From an uncultured Chloroflexia bacterium (GTDB lineage: Bacteria > Chloroflexota > Limnocylindria > Limnocylindrales > CSP1-4): DNA of 64,000 bases. Positions within the stretch are counted from its first letter, which is position 1. Each line of letters starts with the position of its first letter. The notes under the pieces were generated by a model. The model was given only the letters and a program-made list of their open reading frames with translations. It was not told where the DNA came from and made no database searches. Positions 54,519 to 62,768 of this stretch are shown here, one piece after another. The position numbers and the translations under genes are program-made. The stretch lies in contig CAVXLA010000005.1 in the NCBI GenBank assembly GCA_963762445.1, positions 554,803 through 618,802 of the forward strand, given 5' to 3'.

Positions 54519-55245
54519 TCAGCGACCGGCGCCGTCGTCCTCCCCAGGGCCGAGGCGGCCTTCCCCCTGGCGGACGATGCCTGTCTCGTAGGCGAGCACC
54601 ACGGCCTGCACCCGGTCGCGGAGCTCGAGCTTCGAGAACACCCGCGACACGTGGGTCTTCACCGTCGTCTCGCCGAGCACCAGCTGGTCGGCGATCTCCT
54701 GGTTCGACAGGCCCCGCCCGACAAGGGTGAACACCTCGAGCTCGCGCTCCGTGAGGTCCGCGAACCCGGCCGGCCGCCGGGCCTCGCCCGGGACCGTGAA
54801 CGTGGACGCGAAGCGGTCCAGGAGCCGCCGCGTGATCGAGGGGGCGAGCAGCGCGTCACCGGCGGCGACCACCCGGATCGCAGCGGCCAGCTCCTCGGGC
54901 GGCACGTCCTTGAGCAGGAAGCCCGACGGCTCCCGCCCGCAGCGCCTGCACGATGTACTCGTCGAGGTCGAACGTGGTCAGGATCAGGACCCGCGGCCCG
55001 GACCCGGACGCCGGCGCGGGCGCCGACGTGATGCGGCGCGTCGCTTCGACCCCGTCCATCACCGGCATCCGGATGTCCATCAGGACCACGTCGGGCTGGA
55101 GCCGGCGGGTCAGCGCGACGGCTTCCTCCCCGTTGCCGGCCTCGCCGACCACCGCCATGTCCCGCTCGGCTTCCAGGATCATCCGGAACCCGGTCCGCAG
55201 CAGCGGCTGGTCGTCCGCGATGACGAGCCTGATCCGGTCCGTCAC
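54519..55245 (-). pseudogene. NarL/LuxR-family response regulator interrupted by one +1 frameshift (about 54922-54924)
   Basis: The receiver 'IRLVIADDQPLLRTGFRMIL...DVVLMDIRMPVMDG...ILTTFDLDEYIVQALRAGAVG' (frame of ORF 54856..55695) continues as 'FLLKDVPPEELAAAIRVV...LTERELEVFTLVGRGLSNQEIADQLVLGETTVKTHV' in ORF 54519..54905. The total length of 727 nt is 3n+1. An extra G in a GGG run restores the frame when removed. Confidence 0.75.
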
Positions 55246-56464
55246 AGCTGCCGTCCCAGCGGCAGGCGGGCCCGGACCACGAAACCGCCGCTCGGACCCG
55301 GCTCCGCGACGATCTCGCCGCCCGCCATCGCGACCCGCTCGCGCATGCCGATCAGCCCGTAGCCCCGGTGCGGCGGCTCCAGGATCCGCGCCGCCGCGCC
55401 TCGGCCGTCGTCCGTGACCTCGACGTCGAGCACGTCCGGCGCGTAGCTGCAGCCGGACGCGCGCGGACGCCGCGCGGGCGTGCTTGAGCGTGTTCGTCAG
55501 CGCCTCCTGGACGACCCGGTACGCGGACAGGTCGACGCTCCGCGGGACGGACCGCGTCTCCCCCTCGACCACGAGCTCGACCGGCAGGCCGGCCTCGCGG
55601 ACGGTGGTGAGCAGCCGGTCCAGCTCGGCCAGCGAGGGCTGGGGCTCGTAGGGCTCGCCGCCCGCCGGCCGAAGCGTGCCGACCACCCGCCGCATCTCGC
55701 CCAGCGTGTCGCGCCCGGTTGCCTCGATGGCCGCCAGCGCGCCGCGGGCGCCGCTCTGCGGCGACCTCCCCGCCGGGCTCCGCCGTCTCGAGGGCCCGCC
55801 GTGCGGCGCCTGCCTGGACCACCATCACGCTCAGGCTGTGGGCGACGGCGTCGTGCAGCTCGCGCGCGATCCGCGCGCGCTCGTCGGCGACCGCCAGCCG
55901 CGCGTTCTCCTCGCGCTCCGCCTCGAGCTCCGCGTTGCGCAGCCGCAGCTCCTCGACGGCCTCGCCCCGGCTTCGGACGAGGTCGCCGAGCAGCCAGACG
56001 GCACCGCCGATGATCCCGACGACGACCAGCCCGACGGGGTAGATCGCGGGCGAGGGGCCGGGTTCGCTGGACGCGAGGACGAGGATGACCACGACGGCGA
56101 TCGCGACCATGGTCAACGTCAGCGCCGCCAGCGACCGGCGCCGATCCACGTGCGCCGCGACCGAGTACATCGCGATCAGCACGCCGAGGCCGACGCCGGA
56201 CGTTGGTCCCGTGAGCGTGGCGAGGATCGTCGCGAACACGGTGGTGGCGAGCACCGGCACCGGCCACCGCCTCCGGAACGCGATCGGGAGGGTCGTCGCC
56301 AGCGCGAGGGTGTTGGCCAGGACGTCCGGGTCGCGGCCACCGGCCGAGGCGGGCACGAGCCACAGGGGGAGCAGGGTGACGACCGCGAGGACCACGGCCA
56401 GCGCCACGTCAAGGCGTGCCTGGTCCACCCGCCGCAGCCGATCGATGACGGACTCGGCGATCAT
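55242..56464 (-). pseudogene. HisKA_3-type sensor histidine kinase interrupted by two +1 frameshifts (about 55735-55770 and about 55446)
   Basis: Segment 1 (frame of 55352..56464) has 5 TM helices plus the H-box 'ERARIARELHDAVAHSLSVMVVQAGAARRALE'. Segment 2 (frame of 54856..55695) reads 'ALAAIEATGRDTLGEMRRVVGTLR...YRVVQEALTNTLKHA..ARVRLQ'. Segment 3 (55242..55433) reads 'YAPDVLDVEVTDDG...GYGLIGMRERVAMAGGEI'. The length of 1223 nt is 3n+2. GTGA overlap into the RR gene. Confidence 0.75.
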
Positions 56465-56675
56465 CCTCCTACGGTAGCGGGTCGTCCGTGCCGCGGCGTC
56501 CCTCCCCGGTATGACGGGTCGTCATCCCGCGGTGGGAATCGACGCCAGCCTCAAGGACCGCTGCGGGGTGTCGTCTGGCTCTTGTGACGCGACAGTGAGA
56601 CTCGTCAACCTCACCGCGGGCCGGAGCGCTGGCCGGCGCCCTCGTGCCCGAAGCCGCCGTGGAGAGCGCCGCGAG

Positions 56676-57905
56676 ATGTCTCCGAGAGCAGGGCTGCCGT
56701 CCCAGCTGCCGAAGGCCCGCAAGCTGCGGATCGCCGCTGGCTACTACGCCACCTACGTGCTGCTGGGCCTCATGCTCACCTGCATCGGGCCGAGCCTGGA
56801 CGCCCTGCAGGCACAGAGCCGGTCCTCAACCCAGACGATCGCCCTCTTGTTCACCGCCAATTCGCTGGGCTATATCGCAGGCTCGCTGCTGGCCGGGCGC
56901 TTGTATGCACGGATCGCCGGCAACCGGGTCTTGCTTACCGCCCTGCTGATCCTGGCGCCGCTGACCCTCACCGTGCCCTGGTTGGGATCACCGGGGCTGC
57001 TGATGCTGGTCTTCGCGCTGATCGGGGTCGCCTTGGGAGTGATGGACGTCGGGGGCAACACACTCATCGTGTGGCTGTACCGGGCCGATGTTCCCCCCTA
57101 CATGAATGCTCTGCACCTCTCCTTCGCGGTGGGCGCCTTCATCGGCCCCCTGGTCTTTGACCGCTTCGCCGTGGCCACGGGGAATGCGGCGACCACGTAC
57201 TGGCTGCTTGCCGCGCTCATGGTCCCGGTCGCCTTCTGGCTGGCCAGGCTGCCCAGCCCGGACAGCCCCGGTGCCGCTCAACCCACCCCCGATGGACAGG
57301 GCGTCCTCCGCCGCCACGCCTGGTTGATCGGGCTGATCGCGTTGTTCTTCCTCATGCACATGGGAGCCGAGCTGGCCTTCGGCGGCTGGATCTACACGTA
57401 CGCGGATGAGGTCACCGGCTCGGGGACCACCGCTCGAGTGATCAACTCGGCGTTCTGGGGCGGGTTGGTGCTCGGGCGGCTCGTCGCCATCCCCCTGGCA
57501 GTGCGCCTCTCTCCGCAAGCCATGCTGCAGCTCGACCTGCTCGGCGCGGTGTTGAGCCTGGCCCTCCTGATCATGCTTCCCGACTCGATCCCGGCTCTCT
57601 GGATCGGCACCATCGGGTTCGGCTTCTCCATCGCCTCGATGATCGCCAGCAGCTTCAACCTCGCCGAGAGGCGGATGCCCATCACCAGCCAGGTCAGCGC
57701 GACGTTCCTGGTCGGAGGCAGCCTCGGTTCGATGACCCTGCCCTGGCTTGTCGGCCAGCTCCTCGTGCCGTATGGACGTCTTTCGGTCATGTACGTGACC
57801 GGAGCCGCCATGCTCGGGGCCTGGTTCCTGTTCGGGCTCATCGTCAGGCAGAAGCGCCGGCCCGGCGAGAGCGGAGTGGCTCAGGGGCAGGCGCCGTCCG
57901 CGTAG
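56676..57905 (+). CDS. MFS transporter (12 TM)
   Basis: The Met at 56676 begins the 'MSPRAGLPSQLPKARKLRIAAGYYATYVLLG...' hydrophobic repeats. 'GAFIGPLVFDR'. Visibly lower GC3 than core genes. Confidence 0.8.
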   Translation: MSPRAGLPSQLPKARKLRIAAGYYATYVLLGLMLTCIGPSLDALQAQSRSSTQTIALLFTANSLGYIAGSLLAGRLYARIAGNRVLLTALLILAPLTLTVPWLGSPGLLMLVFALIGVALGVMDVGGNTLIVWLYRADVPPYMNALHLSFAVGAFIGPLVFDRFAVATGNAATTYWLLAALMVPVAFWLARLPSPDSPGAAQPTPDGQGVLRRHAWLIGLIALFFLMHMGAELAFGGWIYTYADEVTGSGTTARVINSAFWGGLVLGRLVAIPLAVRLSPQAMLQLDLLGAVLSLALLIMLPDSIPALWIGTIGFGFSIASMIASSFNLAERRMPITSQVSATFLVGGSLGSMTLPWLVGQLLVPYGRLSVMYVTGAAMLGAWFLFGLIVRQKRRPGESGVAQGQAPSA

Positions 57906-57950
57906 GGCACGGCGGCGCGAGCGAGCGCGTCCACGTTTCTCATCGCCGGG

Positions 57951-59375
57951 TCAATGGCCAGTGGGCGCCACCGACGCGGCCAGCGCCTGCCAGTCCCGCT
58001 CCATGGCGGTCGACAGCACGTCGAGGTCGGGGAACCGGTCCGCGTCCGCCCGCGCGGTGAGCGTGAGGCGCCCGGCGTAGGAGAGCGCCACGAACGAGAG
58101 GCCCAGGTTGCCGGCCAGGGGAGCGATCGGGAGCAGGTCGAGGACGGGGGCGCCGAGGATGTCAATGGGGGTGGGCGGGCCCGGCAGGTAGGTCTCGTGG
58201 AGGTTGACGAGCCGCTGGCTGGCCATCGAGCGCCGAACCACCCCGAAGCGCCCGAGAAACGCCCGGACGGCCGGTTCGGCGGCCGCCACCTGGGTACGCT
58301 TCGCCGCGGCTGTCTCGGCGGCGATCAGGCGAAGCCGGGCGACGGGGTCGGGCTCTCCGATCGGGAGCGGCACGAGGAGCGTGCCGATGTCGTTGCCGGC
58401 CGCCTGTTCGCGGCCCTGGGTGAACATCGCCACCGCGATGCCGGCGCGCGGTCGCAGCGTCTGGACGGGCTCTCCGCGAGCGTCGAGCAGCGCGCGCACG
58501 CCGCCCGCGACGAGACTCAGGACGACGTCGTTGACGCCGCAGCCGCGGGCGTGCGCAACCCGCCTGGCGGTGGCCCGGTCGAGCCGCAGGGTCGCCAGGC
58601 GGCGGCGGGGCCCGACCGGACCGTTGAGGGAAGTCACGGGGGCGCGTCGGCCGAGGGAGTAGGCACGCCAGCCGGACCGCGCGACCCCGGCAGCGAACCG
58701 CCAGGTGGCGGGACGGGCGAGCCGGAGCACCGACGCGACCAGGCTCCGGATGTTGTCGCGCACGAGCACGCGCCAGGGCGGTGGCCCAGCCGGTGACCCA
58801 GCCGCGACGTGAGCTCCCGGGGTAGTGTCGGGCGCCATCGGCCCCTCGAGCAGCGAGCGGACCATGCGCATCGCGGTCAGGCCGTCGGCGAGCGCGTGGT
58901 GGACGACCACGAGCACGCCGACCCGGCCGTCTTCCAGGCCGGTCGCGAACCACATCCGCCACAGCGGGTGGGAGCGATCCAGCGGCGGGGCCACGAGCTG
59001 TTCGATGAGCGCCATCAGCACGGCCTCGTCGCCGGGCGGCGGCAGCGCTACCTCGTCGACGTGCCGGTCGATCCGGAACGTGGGATCGTCGATCCACAGC
59101 GGACGGCCGGCGAGCCTCCCGGGGCGGTAGACCATGCGACGCAGCTCCGGGACACCGGCGAGCCGGGCCTCGATCGCGCGGCGGATCTCCGCGAGGCGCA
59201 GCCGCCCCGCAGGATCGAGCAGCGTCCGGCCGTCGAGCACCGCCAGGATCCCGACCTGCATGGGCCGCGCCGCCGTCTCGGCCCTGAGGCAGTGCAGGTC
59301 GTACGGGCGCAGGCGCAGGAGCCGCGGCCGGCCGCTCGCCTGCTGCCTGCCGCCCGCTTGCTGCGTCTCCCGCAC
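57951..59375 (-). CDS. wax ester synthase/diacylglycerol acyltransferase (WS/DGAT) family
   Basis: Active-site motif 'VVVHHALADGLTAM' (HHxxxDG), 'NDVVLSLVAGGVR', C-terminal 'LSFVALSYAGRL'. Confidence 0.85.
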   Translation of the reverse strand: MRETQQAGGRQQASGRPRLLRLRPYDLHCLRAETAARPMQVGILAVLDGRTLLDPAGRLRLAEIRRAIEARLAGVPELRRMVYRPGRLAGRPLWIDDPTFRIDRHVDEVALPPPGDEAVLMALIEQLVAPPLDRSHPLWRMWFATGLEDGRVGVLVVVHHALADGLTAMRMVRSLLEGPMAPDTTPGAHVAAGSPAGPPPWRVLVRDNIRSLVASVLRLARPATWRFAAGVARSGWRAYSLGRRAPVTSLNGPVGPRRRLATLRLDRATARRVAHARGCGVNDVVLSLVAGGVRALLDARGEPVQTLRPRAGIAVAMFTQGREQAAGNDIGTLLVPLPIGEPDPVARLRLIAAETAAAKRTQVAAAEPAVRAFLGRFGVVRRSMASQRLVNLHETYLPGPPTPIDILGAPVLDLLPIAPLAGNLGLSFVALSYAGRLTLTARADADRFPDLDVLSTAMERDWQALAASVAPTGH

Positions 59376-59377
59376 GA

Positions 59378-60892
59378 TCAGAGGACCCCGTCCCAGAGCC
59401 CCCGCTCGAATGACCGCGGATCATCCACGACCCGCGAAACCGAATCGAAGCGCATCGTGGCCCGCCGATCGAGGTCGTACCTCGGCCAGCCGGGGTCGCC
59501 GGTGGTCGCGAAGGCGACCCAGGCTCCGTGCATGGCGCCGGCCAGGGCCTGTGGCGCCCCGGCGAGCAGCGCTCCCAGCATCTGGTTCGGGCCGAGGTCC
59601 AGGGTGTCGAAGACGAAGCCGATCTCGAGGGCGTGGCAGGCGCCCAGCGGACCGCCCAGCGGCGGCTGCCAGGCGAACTCGTACATGTACGTGGCCGCGG
59701 AGGCCGGGGCGTGGGCGTCGGCCAGGCGGATGGCCGGGATGCGGCACCACCAGTCGGTCTGGATGGCCCCGAGCAGCTGGCCGGGCGTGGCGCCCGGATA
59801 GGCCGCGCGGTAGGCGCCGAGCCGCTCGCCTGACACGCCGTAGGCGGCCGCCGCAGCGAACCCATGGTCGACCACGGCGCCCGCCAGGACGTCGTCGCCG
59901 ATCCCGTCGAGGCCGTTGGCGCCCACGAAGAGGTACCAATCCTCGGTGTTCGAGCCGACCATCACGTCGACGCCGGCACCCGCCCCGGCGGCGATGCGAT
60001 CGATCGGGCGCTCCGGGACGAGGTAGCCGTCGACAACCGGCTGCCAGGGCAGCGCGCTGGCCACGACCTCGAGGCTCCAGCGCTCGGGGTCGGGATGGGC
60101 CATCAGCTCGGCCTTGAGCTCCGCCGCGGCGACCAGCAGGCGATCGGGGGGCACCGTCGCGACCGCCTCGCGGGTAGCCGGGACGCCGAGCCGGTCGGCG
60201 AGATATTGGCCGATCCGCAGCGCCGTCGCGGCCGGGATGACGCGGTGAGCCGCCCCGCTCTGGCCGATGGCCCGCCGGAACAGGCCCTCCGCCCGCGGGA
60301 CGGCCAGCTGCGTGCCGACGCTCATCGCGCCGGCCGACTCGCCGAAGACCGTGACGGTGGCGGGATCGCCGCCGAACGCCGCGATGTTGTCGCGCACCCA
60401 CTCAAGGGCGGCGACCTGGTCGAGCAGGGCGAGGTTCGCGTCGCCATCGGCCAGGTAGAGGAAGCCCTCGGCGCCAACCCGGTAGTTGATCGTGACGCAG
60501 ACGATGCCGTCGCGGGCGAAGCGGCTGCCGTCGTAGGTCGCCCCCGAGCAGACCTCGAACATCCCACCCGGGATCCAGACCATGACCGGCAGGCCGCCCG
60601 CCGCCGGGTCCGGCGTCCAGACGTTGAGGTTGAGGCAATCCTCGCCCGGCGTGGCCGGATCCCAGATCATGGCCTCTGCCGCCATGTCGGGGGGCATGCG
60701 CAGCTGGTGCGGCTCCGCGCCGAATTCCAGGGCCTCGCGCACGCCGCTCCAGGGCGCGACGGGCTGCGGCGGCCGGAGCCGGTTGACGCCAAACGGTGGG
60801 GCCGCGTAGGGGACGCCAAGGAAGCGGTGCACGCCCCTGGCGAGGCTGCCCCGCAGCTGGCCGTTGCCGGTCCTCACGACTGTCGTCGTCAT
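59378..60892 (-). CDS. type-B carboxylesterase/lipase
   Basis: 'FLGVPYAAPP', 'EDCLNLNVWTP', 'PVMVWIPGGMF', nucleophile elbow 'VFGESAGAMSVG'. The stop lies 2 nt from the WS/DGAT start. Confidence 0.85.
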   Translation of the reverse strand: MTTTVVRTGNGQLRGSLARGVHRFLGVPYAAPPFGVNRLRPPQPVAPWSGVREALEFGAEPHQLRMPPDMAAEAMIWDPATPGEDCLNLNVWTPDPAAGGLPVMVWIPGGMFEVCSGATYDGSRFARDGIVCVTINYRVGAEGFLYLADGDANLALLDQVAALEWVRDNIAAFGGDPATVTVFGESAGAMSVGTQLAVPRAEGLFRRAIGQSGAAHRVIPAATALRIGQYLADRLGVPATREAVATVPPDRLLVAAAELKAELMAHPDPERWSLEVVASALPWQPVVDGYLVPERPIDRIAAGAGAGVDVMVGSNTEDWYLFVGANGLDGIGDDVLAGAVVDHGFAAAAAYGVSGERLGAYRAAYPGATPGQLLGAIQTDWWCRIPAIRLADAHAPASAATYMYEFAWQPPLGGPLGACHALEIGFVFDTLDLGPNQMLGALLAGAPQALAGAMHGAWVAFATTGDPGWPRYDLDRRATMRFDSVSRVVDDPRSFERGLWDGVL

Positions 60893-61068
60893 GGTGCCGC
60901 ACCTCCCTCGGGCGTCGGGCGTCGCTCACCGCCTGCCCGGTTGATCCTTGTGACGGTCTCGCGCGGCGCGCCAGAGCCGGACGTCCCTTCGTCGACATCC
61001 GGTTGTGAAGAGCGAGGCGGGCCGGGTCCGGCCTCCGTCACGCCGAGCCGCGCCTCGATCCGTCGCCG

Positions 61069-62496
61069 TCAGCGAAGGGCGAACCAGCCGGTGGCGCCCG
61101 AGGGGAACGGCTGGAAGTACATCACGAGGCTCGACGCGTCCGCGGCGCTGATCTCCCAGCACGCGGCGTTCCCGCTCACGACTCCTCCGGTGAAGACCTC
61201 GGGATCGTGGGTGTACAGGTTCGGGTCGGGCAGGACCCCGCACGAGTTGCCGAAGGTGGTGTACGCGACGTTGCTCGCGCCGATCCCCCGCATCCCCAGC
61301 CCGGCGTCGAGGCGCGCCGCGGTCGTGCCGAGGTACGTCGCCGACACGGCGACCATGTAGAACTGCTTCCCTTGGGCGGGAGGGTCATTGAACATGTTCG
61401 CGGCCTGGATCATCGACCAGGCGTCCGGGTAGACGGCGGTGACGGTGATCGCCCAGTCACCCGCGCGGCCCGCCTGGCCGAGCGGGATGGGGTTGGCGCG
61501 GGTGGAGCTGGGGAGCGGCGTCGGCGTCGGGGCCCCGGGTGGCGGGGTCGGGGTGGGGGTGGGGGCCGGGGGCAGAGCGGCCAGTGCCAGGTACGCGGCC
61601 GGGTCGAGCCCGGCCTTCACGAACAGGTTCCGGATGAGGATGAGCTCGGCGCCGCTCGGCCCGGATCCGAACCCGAACGTCCCCAGGTGGACGTAGCCGC
61701 CCCCGGGCGGGTTGTCGGTGATCGTCCAGATCGCGAACTGCCGGACGCGGAACGTCTGGCTGGAGAAGTCGGGAACCTTCAGGAGCGCCACGAGGGCGCT
61801 CGAGCTCGTCGCGGCCTCCAGCGCGAACTGGTCGCTGGAGCCGGGCTGGTCGAGGTGCATCGAGGCGCAGGCGACGTCCAGGGTGAGCGTCCTGCTCTCC
61901 ATGGCGGCGAGGGTGACGACCTGCGACGCGAGGGTTGCCATCGGCTGGGTCTCGGCGGCGCCCGGCCGGAAGACCGTCGCCGGCTCGATGACCAGGCGGA
62001 GCTCCGCGGCGACGCGCGACGTCAGGGTGACCTCGAGCCGCTGCAGGTTGATCCCTCGTCCGCTGACGGCCACCTTGCCGGCGTCGACGGCGGCCCGGAG
62101 CTCGAGCGGCGGCGGCGGGACGACCGGTGCCTTGAAGCTTCCGCAACGCGTGCCCACCCGGATCGACATCGGCAGCTTGACGAGCCGGGCCTGGCTGGCC
62201 GTGAGGGCGAAGGACGTGGTGATCCTGCCGTAGCTCGACGTGGTGAGGCGCTTCGAGACGACCAGGGCGCCCACCGTCGAGCAGCTGCCGCGCCGGAGCG
62301 AGACCGTGTAGGCGGTCCTGGTGCCCAGGTTCTTCGCGGCGATGCTCAGGCGTGTCGAGGTCCCGACGACGAGTTTGGCCTCGCCGTAGGCGGATCCGAT
62401 CCGAGCGGTCCCGATCGTCGCCGCCTCGACCGGCGGAGCCACCAACGCCGCAGCCAGGCACGCGATCACGGCCGCCACGATCGCCATCGACTTCAT
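61069..62496 (-). CDS. secreted multidomain protein; C-terminal DUF4352-like domain after a Pro/Thr linker
   Basis: The Met at 62496 has GAGGTG 7 nt upstream. Signal peptide 'MKSMAIVAAVIACLAAALVAPPVEA'. Linker 'PPAPTPTPTPPPGAPTPTPLP'. C-terminus 'GDWAITVTAVYPD...GKQFYMVAVSATYLG'. The N-terminal 110 codons of the track ORF are rejected. Confidence 0.65.
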   Translation of the reverse strand: MKSMAIVAAVIACLAAALVAPPVEAATIGTARIGSAYGEAKLVVGTSTRLSIAAKNLGTRTAYTVSLRRGSCSTVGALVVSKRLTTSSYGRITTSFALTASQARLVKLPMSIRVGTRCGSFKAPVVPPPPLELRAAVDAGKVAVSGRGINLQRLEVTLTSRVAAELRLVIEPATVFRPGAAETQPMATLASQVVTLAAMESRTLTLDVACASMHLDQPGSSDQFALEAATSSSALVALLKVPDFSSQTFRVRQFAIWTITDNPPGGGYVHLGTFGFGSGPSGAELILIRNLFVKAGLDPAAYLALAALPPAPTPTPTPPPGAPTPTPLPSSTRANPIPLGQAGRAGDWAITVTAVYPDAWSMIQAANMFNDPPAQGKQFYMVAVSATYLGTTAARLDAGLGMRGIGASNVAYTTFGNSCGVLPDPNLYTHDPEVFTGGVVSGNAACWEISAADASSLVMYFQPFPSGATGWFALR

Positions 62497-62768
62497 CGAG
62501 CTCACCTCTTCGCCGACCGTCTTCGTGGGACGCGACGTCGCGCAGGCCGAACGAGACCCGGTCGTCCAGTTCGGTGTGCCCGTCCCGGACGCAGCCGGCG
62601 TCCACGCCCTGTGCGATCGGTCACCGTACGGCGCGGCCGGGCAGCTGGCGAGAGGCAAACGGCCTGCCGAGGGCGTGCGCCGGCGCGGCCGAGCACGTGG
62701 GCCCTGGCCAGCCAGCCCCAGGGCGCTGCATCGTCCGGGCTGACCGCGTCCGAGGAGGGTGCATCCGA

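Noticed and set aside
56511-56525. Palindrome ATGACG-GGT-CGTCAT in the kinase/MFS divergent region as an operator
   Set aside because: Arms of only 6 bp are expected by chance several times in 64 kb, and no second copy was seen. This is insufficient evidence.
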